64,000 nucleotides of DNA. Source: an uncultured Candidatus Cloacimonadota bacterium (GTDB lineage Bacteria > Cloacimonadota > Cloacimonadia > Cloacimonadales > Cloacimonadaceae). Below the pieces are notes generated by a model, which did no database searches, was not told the origin of the DNA, and saw nothing but the letters and a program-made list of their open reading frames with translations. The position numbers and the translations under genes are program-made. Of the stretch, positions 8,370 through 17,800 are shown piece after piece. Each line of letters opens with the position of its first letter. Position 1 is the first letter of the stretch. The stretch is from contig CAYSSP010000006.1 in assembly GCA_964433815.1 (NCBI GenBank), positions 18,822-82,821 on the forward strand, in the 5' to 3' direction.

Positions 8370-10829
8370 TTATCTAATAATTGCTATTTTGCCACGCTTG
8401 GTATTGCCTTGGGAATCGGTCACTACAAAGAAATAGATCCCGCTGGAAACGTTTGAACCTCCGGCAGATTTGCCGTCCCACTCAAAGCGGGCAAATTCGT
8501 TTTCCCTGAGTTCTATCACGATCGCTCCACTGCTATCGTAGATACGGCAGCGATTGTCCCCTTGGGGCATACTATCGGCAGGCAAATTGACGATCGAAAC
8601 ACTGCCATCACGCTCCGGACGGAAGGGGTTGGGGAAGGCTTTGACCTGCTCCAGATTGGTCTCCGGCTTGATGTATCTGCCAATTTTGAGGGTATTTAAG
8701 CCATCGGGAGTACCGATGTAGAGCAAGCCCTGCACCGGCTCGTAACCCAGAGCTGTTACATAGTTTGAAACCAGGGGATTCTTTGGTAGATAGTAGTTTG
8801 TAAATCTATCCGTATCAGGATCATACATCGTGACACCTGCAGAGAGGCTGCCGATCCAGACCCTGCCAAAGGGATCAAGATAGAGGCTGGCAGGTAAGGT
8901 GCGAACGCTGCCATAGAGACGCTCTTCATCCACGTAGTAAAGCTGGTCTTGAGCCCAGCTCATCGTAATGGTATTATAGCGATATCGCTTGATTGAGGTG
9001 TCATAACGATACCAACCGCTACCACCATCCCACATATAGAGTCCATTGCTGGCAGCAATCCAGTGCTGAGTGCCTTCGTATCTAGTATTGATGGTCGCAA
9101 CTCCGTAAATAACGCAGTTTCTCAGCTCCGGCACAGGTATGTTTACCCAATGAGATCCACCGGTGGTAGGAATGGAAGAATCATTCCAGATCGCCAGGCC
9201 GGGATCGTTGTTTGTGCCAAAGAAATACCGCTCTCCATCGTGATAGGAATAGATCACACGCTGGTGAGTACTGCTGGGGATTGTGAACTGCCCCAGGAGT
9301 GTGTAATCCGGAGCTATAACGTTGTAGCCTCTGTCGTATGTAGCCACAAAGACGTTGCCGTGTTTATCCGTATCGAGACCGCCGATGGTATTTCCGCTAA
9401 GCGCTGCCTTACCCGGTAAAAGTGGGCCATATACTTCTGCATCAGGATCCCATTCCCGCATCCCGGAACTATTGAGATACCACCACTTGTCTTCATCGAG
9501 ATCATAGATCGTGATGCCATGAGCCCAGCCCTGGGGGTTGTTAATTCCAACGTCCCAAGCACCAAACCAGACACGGTTGTTTGCATCTACTGTAAGACTG
9601 TGGGCAGAATCATTGTGCAAAGGGCTGTTTTCGACTGTTCTGGTCTCCCAAACCCCATCATCCAAAAAGCTGATCCCGAGGCTGCCTTTCTTGACCGGTA
9701 GAGGGTTTATATAACCGCTTACAAACCACATATTGCTATCTTGATCAGTAGCAATCTCCGTGATTTTGGGGAAGGCTATGCTATTTGTGATCACCTGGCT
9801 AAAGCTATCTTGATACTCCTGATAAAAGCCGTTGCCCCAGGAGCCAAGATAGGTCTTGCCATCGATAAAGCGGATCGCTGTGATAGTTTTATTGCCCAGT
9901 CCACCCTGGTCTTTATAAAATTGTGTCTGCGTGCCATCACTCTCGAAGCGGGAAATCAGGATATTGCCTGTGGTGCTGAATGCTGATAAATCCTCGTTCC
10001 ATTTACCATAAGCCACCCAGGGACGATTCTGTTCATCCAGTGCTATGGCAGAAATATCCAGCAAGCCAGAGGTGTAATAGGCAGCCCAGCCGTTGTTGAA
10101 AGGTACTCCTGCATCACTGACCCAGATCGTCAAGCCAGTTTGAAGCATCAAAGAACCGGAGTTTGACGCCAGCTTGATCGGTGAACCCAGTGAGAAAGGA
10201 ATATCTGCAGATGTCCAGCTACGCCAGGATGTATCGACATCCAGCGAGTCCTGATGCACATAGCTGATGCCGTTTTCAGAAGCCAGGAAAAGGTAGTCGT
10301 TGACCAATTGCATTGAAGAGATATGATCGCTGAGCATACCACCGCTGGTATTGGCGCTGTTGTAAAGATGTAAGAGCAGCGGGAAATTAACTCCCGGAAG
10401 ATAGTAATACTCTGCCAGGCCGATGGTTGTGGAGACTAGTATGCGCGAGCCCAGCTCCTTTATTCCGGTAATCTCCAGAGATGGATAAGCCGATCCAAAA
10501 CCAAAGGTTTGGATACCTGCGGGATTGACCACACTGATACTATCAGCACAGCTAAGCCAGATCTTATCCCCTATTGAGACGACATGGCGGACATCGTTTG
10601 AGAGGATGCCATCGCCGGTAGTCCACGTACGATAAAGCTCGTAAGCAGTGGGATTTGTATCAGACACAGGATCAAGCTCCACCACTCCGCCCCAGGTACT
10701 GAATATAATCCTGCCTTCGTGACTGCCAATATCATAGATATGGCTGGTATTGGTGATCGTATCCCACATTGCGGCACTGAGTCCGATGGATAGGCACAGC
10801 AGCATTACTGATATATTTATAATCTTCAT
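8370..10829 (-). CDS. Secreted beta-propeller protein (two-component-regulator-propeller-like repeats) with a T9SS/FlgD-Ig-like C-terminal domain
   Basis: Signal peptide 'MKIINISVMLLCLSIGLSAA'. Repeated 'W.G(T/S)..G(L/V)..(Y/F)D' blades. The terminal sequence is 'AFPNPFRPERDG...SSGIYFFVVTD..G.TKRGKIAIIR'. Confidence 0.7.
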   Translation of the reverse strand: MKIINISVMLLCLSIGLSAAMWDTITNTSHIYDIGSHEGRIIFSTWGGVVELDPVSDTNPTAYELYRTWTTGDGILSNDVRHVVSIGDKIWLSCADSISVVNPAGIQTFGFGSAYPSLEITGIKELGSRILVSTTIGLAEYYYLPGVNFPLLLHLYNSANTSGGMLSDHISSMQLVNDYLFLASENGISYVHQDSLDVDTSWRSWTSADIPFSLGSPIKLASNSGSLMLQTGLTIWVSDAGVPFNNGWAAYYTSGLLDISAIALDEQNRPWVAYGKWNEDLSAFSTTGNILISRFESDGTQTQFYKDQGGLGNKTITAIRFIDGKTYLGSWGNGFYQEYQDSFSQVITNSIAFPKITEIATDQDSNMWFVSGYINPLPVKKGSLGISFLDDGVWETRTVENSPLHNDSAHSLTVDANNRVWFGAWDVGINNPQGWAHGITIYDLDEDKWWYLNSSGMREWDPDAEVYGPLLPGKAALSGNTIGGLDTDKHGNVFVATYDRGYNVIAPDYTLLGQFTIPSSTHQRVIYSYHDGERYFFGTNNDPGLAIWNDSSIPTTGGSHWVNIPVPELRNCVIYGVATINTRYEGTQHWIAASNGLYMWDGGSGWYRYDTSIKRYRYNTITMSWAQDQLYYVDEERLYGSVRTLPASLYLDPFGRVWIGSLSAGVTMYDPDTDRFTNYYLPKNPLVSNYVTALGYEPVQGLLYIGTPDGLNTLKIGRYIKPETNLEQVKAFPNPFRPERDGSVSIVNLPADSMPQGDNRCRIYDSSGAIVIELRENEFARFEWDGKSAGGSNVSSGIYFFVVTDSQGNTKRGKIAIIR

Positions 10830-11860
10830 TTCTTTAGCTCCAGACGCATCAGGATGTAGGCCAGGATCACCATCAGGCAGAGCGCTCCCATGAGAACAAG
10901 AAAGAGGATCTTCTTGTCTGTAAAGGAAAAGCCGATTGCAATCAAGCCGAAAAGCAGCGTCACTACATATACAATAATCGAGATCGCTCTTTGAGAAAGT
11001 CCCATTCCCAACATTGTGTGATGGATATGAGCTTTATCCGCGGTAAAGACCTTTCCCTTGGAGATCCGGCGGACTATAGCAAAGGCTACGTCCAGCAAGG
11101 GAATCGCCATCACTGCCAGAGGTATGATCAAGGTCATCGATGTGATACCCTTGAACTGAGCATCACCTGCAGTTGTGATCGCGGCAAGATTCAAGCCGAT
11201 AAAAGTAGCCCCGGTATCTCCCATAAAGATCCTGGCAGGATGAAAGTTATAACGCAAGAAACCCAGATTGCCCATCATCAGCATTGCAGAGACCAGGATT
11301 ACCAGAGGGTTGCTGCCTTTGATGCCTACTACCAACAGCACTGCAGAGGTGATCACTGTGATCCCGGCTGCCAGTCCATCCACTCCGTCTATCAGATTTA
11401 TAGCGTTGATAATGGCTAAGAACCAGAATATTGTCACCGGGAATGAGAGCCAGGAAAGGCTTATCTCAGTGCCAAAAGGATTGGTGAGATTCAGAACTCG
11501 GAAGCCCAAAAGATACATCAGCAAAGCCAAGCCGAGGTAACCCAAGAGTTTGGGCAAAGGCTTGAGCTCGTATCTGTCATCCAGGATCCCGAAGATAATG
11601 GCAAACAAACCTGCCAGAGCCAAGCCGGGAAGCTGACTGCCATAGACATCTCTGTAAAACAGGCCCACAACGAGTTGCAGGATAATCATCGGCAAAGCGA
11701 ATGAGAGTCCGCCAGCCTCGGGTGTCTGCACCGTGTGTATCCTGCGGGGATCAGGATCGGCAACGAGTTTCCAGCGGGTTGAGAGCTTCATATTAAGCGG
11801 CAGTAGCGCCAGGGTCAGCGTGAGAGTCAAAAGCGCTGCCAATATTACAATCAGATTCAC
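10826..11860 (-). CDS. MraY/WecA-family polyprenyl-phosphate N-acetylhexosamine-1-phosphate transferase
   Basis: 'LDDRYELKP', 'NAINLIDGVDGLAAG', 'FMGDTGATFIG'. About 10 TM segments. ATGA overlap with the downstream gene. Confidence 0.8.
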   Translation of the reverse strand: MNLIVILAALLTLTLTLALLPLNMKLSTRWKLVADPDPRRIHTVQTPEAGGLSFALPMIILQLVVGLFYRDVYGSQLPGLALAGLFAIIFGILDDRYELKPLPKLLGYLGLALLMYLLGFRVLNLTNPFGTEISLSWLSFPVTIFWFLAIINAINLIDGVDGLAAGITVITSAVLLVVGIKGSNPLVILVSAMLMMGNLGFLRYNFHPARIFMGDTGATFIGLNLAAITTAGDAQFKGITSMTLIIPLAVMAIPLLDVAFAIVRRISKGKVFTADKAHIHHTMLGMGLSQRAISIIVYVVTLLFGLIAIGFSFTDKKILFLVLMGALCLMVILAYILMRLELKK

Positions 11861-12981
11861 CTACCAGCCTCCGTATCGTAGATAGCTTGATAAGCCGAGA
11901 CCATCGTCTGATAGTCCGACTTCAGTTTGATCTTTTCTGCTCCCCGCTTGCCTTTGGCATAGGCCTTGGTGAAATCTTCACCGAGCTGTACGAGGAGATC
12001 TTCCAATGCGGCAAGATTGTCCAGGGGAACTATGTAGCCGGTCTCGTCGTCCACCAGCTCACAGATCGAGGGGATATCACTCCCGATCACCGGCAGTCCG
12101 CTTTGCATTGCTTCGATAATGCTGAAAGGCATTGCTTCCCACCTCGAATAGAGAATAAAGGCATCAAAAAGCTCCAGCCAGGGCTCAATATTCCTATCCC
12201 AGCCGGGGAAGAGAATGCGTCCGCTTAAGCCATGGCTTTGGACCATAGCCCTGCAAAGCTGAAGGTCTTCACCTTCTCCCAATAGGGCAAACTTCAGCCT
12301 GGAGCAACGCTTGCAAGCAGCAATGGCTGCCCGGGTGAGATCAAGGACGTTCTTCTGTCGCGAGAAACGCAGGGTAGAACCAATCAAGACTTCGCCCTCA
12401 GGGGGAAGCTTTCGGCTCTCATTGATTTTGGACAAATTGAGAGACAAGTCGGGGGGAATGGCGTTGTAAACAGTCTTTGCCTGCACTTGACTGACCAAGC
12501 CCAGCTCCAGGCTGCGGATGCGGTCTGAATCATTAACATAGACCGCATAGTCGCACCATTTATTCCCGAGCTTTTCCAGGAACATATAGAACTTGTATGC
12601 CAGGCGGGATTGTCCCTCTTGAAAAGGCATACCATGGCTGGTATGAATCACCAAGGGGATATTCATGAGCATTGCTGCCAGCCTTCCCAATAGACCGGCC
12701 TTGGAGGTGTGAGTGTGTACTACATCGTATTTCCCACGCTTCAGGATGATGAGTATCTGCAGGAAAGCATAAAGATCGTGAAGACCAAGCTCCCGCTTCA
12801 TCGCGCGGATAGGGAGGTGTTTTATACCAAGCTTTGCGCATTCTGCGACCAGTGGACCGTGTGGAGATGAAGCCAGTACCTTCTGATATTCTGTATCGGG
12901 CAAGCCTTTCAGAAGGTGCAGGCTAAAGTTTTGTACTCCACTGAGTAGAGCCAGGGTCTGCAGATGCAGAATCTTCTTCAT
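11857..12981 (-). CDS. Glycosyltransferase, GT4 (group 1) family
   Basis: C-terminal 'EAMPFSIIEAMQSGLPVIGSDIPSICELV' matches the GT4 E-x7-E region. There are 4-bp overlaps with both neighbours. Confidence 0.8.
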   Translation of the reverse strand: MKKILHLQTLALLSGVQNFSLHLLKGLPDTEYQKVLASSPHGPLVAECAKLGIKHLPIRAMKRELGLHDLYAFLQILIILKRGKYDVVHTHTSKAGLLGRLAAMLMNIPLVIHTSHGMPFQEGQSRLAYKFYMFLEKLGNKWCDYAVYVNDSDRIRSLELGLVSQVQAKTVYNAIPPDLSLNLSKINESRKLPPEGEVLIGSTLRFSRQKNVLDLTRAAIAACKRCSRLKFALLGEGEDLQLCRAMVQSHGLSGRILFPGWDRNIEPWLELFDAFILYSRWEAMPFSIIEAMQSGLPVIGSDIPSICELVDDETGYIVPLDNLAALEDLLVQLGEDFTKAYAKGKRGAEKIKLKSDYQTMVSAYQAIYDTEAGR

Positions 12982-14645
12982 CGGTTGTGATCGAGCCTGA
13001 TCACGGCAACGGACTCCGCCTTAACATTGGAAAAGCGGATCTGATTGCCATCAATCTTGGCGGCTACCCCATCTATCTCGACGATCTTGACATCGCCATT
13101 TACTTGCAGACTGAGGCTTTCAAGGTCATCAGGGAAGAAAACGCTGAATTCGTACTCGCTTTCATCGACGACCACACGGCCTCGTTTGCGCCACCAATTT
13201 GCCAGTTCTCCAGCTTTGCAGACCCAGCTTTTATGGCTCTTGATCAGCGCTAAGATATAAGCATATAGCTTTTCACAGTAATAGATATCTGTGTAGGAAG
13301 CGATCCTGAAATCCAGAGCAAAGACGCCATGGGTCCGGGAGGCATTCTGCAGGAATCTTCGCACCTGGTGCTTGGCATCTTCCAGTCCCATCAGCTTGTA
13401 GCGGTTTAGCTTTAGGAATTTGTCCCGATAAACGGTCGGAATCTCTGTATAGACTGCTTTCCCTGAGCTGATCCAGGGATTGTAAGGCATCCCGGTGCCG
13501 CATTTGTACCCGGGATTTGTCTGCAGGGAGTTACTCATCGAATACTGTGGATTGATTGCATTGTGCAGATCCATCAGCTTAAGATCGAGCAGGTAATCAA
13601 GCTGACGGCAGCCTGCATCAGGACATTTGGTCTGATGTAATAGTATCTGTTTGCGCGTCATCTGCTCATCACGATTGAGCTTGTCCTCGGTGATTAGCAG
13701 GCCTATTTCGTTGCCTTCTTTGACCAGATCCTTGATTTCTTCTGCCAAATCCGGATCGTCCAGGCTGTAATCGATCTCCTTGGAATTATGAGCCGCGATA
13801 AAGAAGTTACTGCGCATTCCGGCATCCCGTTCCAGCTTCCTGAACTCGTCGAAGTTCCAATTGAGCTCATAATTGGTAAAGACATACTTGAGCTTACCGC
13901 TGAGTTGATGCCAAAATTGCTTCCAGGAAAAGCTCAGGATCATCATGATATCATCAGCTATCGAAAGCACCATCGATCCCAGATCCCATTTCTGCAAGTC
14001 ATCTACACTGTGAGTCAAGACCACGGCAGATTCCTGTCCCAGGGGCCAGGCCATCTTCTGGATACTATACTGATTTCTCGCCTTGCCGTGTTCACGCAGC
14101 ATGCTATCCATCAACCAGAGCAGATTGTCCACATAAGGGATCTCTCTGTATTTGTAAAAAGCGCTGGAGCTTTCCGGGTAGAATCCTGCTTCATTACGGG
14201 TGGAATCTATCTTCTCTTCCATACCGCTAAGGTGGAAGAAGACGTTTCCGACCAAGTCAAAGCTAAACTTGCCGGCATTGATCTCCTGATCGGAGTAATT
14301 TGACGCAGGATAGCTAAAGACTCTGGCTGAGATCACAGGGGTTGGCGACAAAAGCTTCACTTCCTTGATATTGCGGCGCAGCTTGTCCGGGGTGTACGCT
14401 TTGTGATCGTAAAGCTCTATATCCGCCGGTATATACAGGGTAACGAAACGCTTTGCAAGAGCTCGCAGATCATCAATCGTGGGCTCTGAATGTGCATAGA
14501 TCACCAAGATGTCTTGCGGTCGCAATTGATCCGTATCTGTAATAAAATTATAGCTATAGCCCAAGCTTTGAAACACGAATCCCAAAGCGTAGCGAATCTC
14601 TTTTTTCAGGTTCTCCAAATCGGAGCTAATAAGTATTGATATCAT
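12978..14645 (-). CDS. Hypothetical protein, possibly a divergent polysaccharide-deacetylase-like enzyme
   Basis: First gene of the glycan operon. 'FDLVGNVFFHLSGMEE' and 'AVVLTHSVDDL' resemble the N-terminal and NodB-like 'LTHDVD' regions of deacetylase-family proteins. The match is weak and made by eye only. Confidence 0.35.
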   Translation of the reverse strand: MISILISSDLENLKKEIRYALGFVFQSLGYSYNFITDTDQLRPQDILVIYAHSEPTIDDLRALAKRFVTLYIPADIELYDHKAYTPDKLRRNIKEVKLLSPTPVISARVFSYPASNYSDQEINAGKFSFDLVGNVFFHLSGMEEKIDSTRNEAGFYPESSSAFYKYREIPYVDNLLWLMDSMLREHGKARNQYSIQKMAWPLGQESAVVLTHSVDDLQKWDLGSMVLSIADDIMMILSFSWKQFWHQLSGKLKYVFTNYELNWNFDEFRKLERDAGMRSNFFIAAHNSKEIDYSLDDPDLAEEIKDLVKEGNEIGLLITEDKLNRDEQMTRKQILLHQTKCPDAGCRQLDYLLDLKLMDLHNAINPQYSMSNSLQTNPGYKCGTGMPYNPWISSGKAVYTEIPTVYRDKFLKLNRYKLMGLEDAKHQVRRFLQNASRTHGVFALDFRIASYTDIYYCEKLYAYILALIKSHKSWVCKAGELANWWRKRGRVVVDESEYEFSVFFPDDLESLSLQVNGDVKIVEIDGVAAKIDGNQIRFSNVKAESVAVIRLDHNR

Positions 14646-14872
14646 CCTCTATCTAGTCCTTTTCCATTAGTACCGATCAAATTCCTCCTTTGGCAATGTC
14701 AAGAAAAAGATTGCTCTGATTCACAATCGCTCTCTCCCCGATGGCTGTTTTTTCAGTGACTACTCCCAAATGGATGGCATTTTTGCATACAAAGCCAAGC
14801 ACTTGCATTTTATATTGACATAATATTCGCTATCTGTGGAGCTTGCATTATTGGAAAAATTGCTAATGCGAG

Positions 14873-17800
14873 GTGGAAATGCCCCAATGCCACAAACTTT
14901 GTAAATATGGATTCTTACTGCTCTTTGTCCTGTTGACAGTGACTATCCAGGCGGCTGTAATTCGCGGTATTGAGATGACTGTCAAGCAACCTGATGGTAG
15001 CTCTCTCAATCTCTTTGCCACAGGTGACGAATACCACAACTGGCTGCATGACGAGAACAACTTCACCATCATCCAGGATAAACAAACCGGATACTACTGC
15101 TATGCAATGCGGGATGGTGAAGGAGTTACCGCCAGTCCTCTGATAGTTGGCAAGGGTGATCCCCGCTCGATAGGTCTTGAGCCCGGCATTAATATCAGCA
15201 GCTCCCTCTATCGCCAAATGCGCAGCGAAAAGTTCTACATGCCGGCAGAAAGGGATGCTCCCACCACGGGCACCATCAACAACCTCGTAATCTATATCCG
15301 CTTTTCTGATGAGACAGAATTTGGGCAATCCAACAGCATATATGATGGCTGGTTCAATACGGGGACCAGTTCCCAAAAGGGCTACTTCCTGGAAGCCAGC
15401 TACAACCAGTTGACAGTCAATACTCACTTCTATCCTGCTCCGGCGGGAGGCTATGTAGTATCCTGGCAAGACAGCCATCCCAGAGCCTATTACCAGCCTT
15501 ACAATGCCAGCACTAATCCAAGCGGATATGATGGCGATACTGAGCGCAGAAACAGAGAGTTTTCCCTCCTTCAGAGCGCTTGTAACGCCGTGGGATCAAG
15601 TGTTCCATCCAATCTTACCATAGACTCGGACAACGACGGCAGAGTCGATAACGTTGTCTTCATCGTCAAAGGCAGCGCCGGGGCTTGGAGCAGCCTGCTG
15701 TGGCCGCATCGCTGGTCGCTCTATGATCGCTATGTTTATATCCAAGGCAAGCGAGTGTACGACTTCAACTTCCAGCTCCAGAATTTCCTCTCCAGCCGCG
15801 GAGTAGGTGTGATCTGCCACGAGTTTTTCCATACCCTCGGTGCTCCTGATCTTTATCATTACACAGATAACGGCATCGATCCGGCAGGTAGCTGGGACTT
15901 GATGGAAAGCGACCAAAATCCGCCTCAGCACATGACTGCATTTATGAAGTGGAAGTATGGTGATTGGATCGCCAGCATTCCCACAATCAGCGCAGATGGC
16001 ATCTACAGTCTCAATCCGCTGACCTCCCCCACCGGTCAGGCATATCGCATCAATTCAAACAATGCCAACCAGTACTATATGGTGGAATTCCGCAAGAAGA
16101 CAGGCACCTACGAGAGCTCCATACCAAATTCCGGGATGCTGATCTACAGGATCGATACTTCCTGCGGCAACGGCAATGCCGATGGACCTCCGGACGAGCT
16201 TTATATCTACCGCCTTAATGGTACTACCACTACCAATGGTTCTCTTAGTTCGGCTCATTTCAGTACCGAATCCGGTCGCATCAAGATCGATAACACAACC
16301 AATCCTGCGCCTTTCCTACAGGATGGCTCCGCAGGTAATCTCTATCTCTGCGAGATTGGCTCTTCCTCCGGGACTACGATGACTTTCCGCAAAGGTGCTC
16401 CCCAGATAGACTTTGGGATCAATCCCTATACTCAGGGCTTCGACGCGACCAGCTATCCACCCGATGGATGGCTCAATCCGGTACTGGTTGGTACGGAGAC
16501 AATGAATAGAGTCACTTCCGGCACCAATCCTACTTGCAGTCCCCAATCAGGAGGCGGAATGGTGAAATACAACAGCGATACCTCCGCTTCCGGTAGTTCA
16601 GCGCTACTGATCAGCCCCAAGATCGTATGTTCAGATGCAGTCAATTCCAGATACTCGGTGTCTTTCTGGATGTACCGCGATGGCAACTACACCACATCCT
16701 TGGACAGGATGGAGTTCTATCTCAATTCCAGCGCTGATCTGAGCGGTAGCCCGGTCTTGCTGGGAACCATTCACCGCAATCGCAATCAAAGCCCAAGTGT
16801 CAGCACCCCCGGCTGGAAGAACTATAGCTTTGAACTCCCCATGCCTTCCACCGGTAATTACTATCTGCTTGCCAAAGCCATCAGCGCCGGTGGATACAAT
16901 ATGTATCTGGATAGTTTCAGCATTGCCAAGCTACCGGCTCCTGCTACTAATCCCATTCCTGCTGATCTTTCTACGGGTCAAAACCCCTCCACAAATCTTG
17001 GCTGGACTGCATCAACCGGCAGCCCAGCAGGTTACAAGCTCTATCTGGGCACAGACAATCCACCCACAAATCTGGTCAATGGCATAGATCTGGGACTGGT
17101 CACGAACTATAATCCCAGCACCGACTTGCTGCCTCTTACGACCTATTACTGGCAGCTTGTGCCTTATAACGCCGGAGGACAGACACCCAATTGCCCGATT
17201 TGGAGCTTTAGTACTCTTAGCGCTGTCAATCTCCCCTTTACCGAGAGCTTTGGTACTACCGGAACCACATTCCCGCCTTTGGATTGGACTCGTTATAGCG
17301 GCGTTTTGGCAAATCCCAGTACCATCGTCACAAATACTTCGTACTGGATTCAGGACGACTGGCTCAATCTGAGCACCAATCCCGCCAACAAATCTGCCAG
17401 AATGAATATCTATGGCAGCACCCGCTACGGATGGATGATCAGCCCGCTCATCAATCTTCAGGCTGGTACGCTGCTCGAATTTGACCTGGGTTTAACCGAC
17501 TATTCAAACAGCAATCCGATCGGCAGCGACACAACAGGCTTAACCGGTACAGACGATAGCTTTGCCGTATTGATCTCGGATGGATCAAGCTGGAGCCCTG
17601 CCAATATAATCAGGCTTTGGGACAACGCAGGCTCACCCTATGTATACAATCAGATATCCCATCTGGGCCAAAGGGTGATAATTGATCTCAGCGCTCACTC
17701 CGGCTATAAGTATCTTGCTTTTTACGGAGCATCCAGCACCGCCAATGCCGACAACGATCTTTTTGTGGATAATATCTCCCTGCGCCTTGCCAATCCCGCT

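Noticed and set aside
13245-13252. The shared 8-mer CAGCGCTA preceding both heptamer arrays (1398-1405 and 8347-8354) as a specific signal
   Set aside because: The same 8-mer also occurs inside a coding region (13245-13252), and AGCGCT occurs several more times. An 8-mer is expected about twice by chance in 64 kb on two strands.
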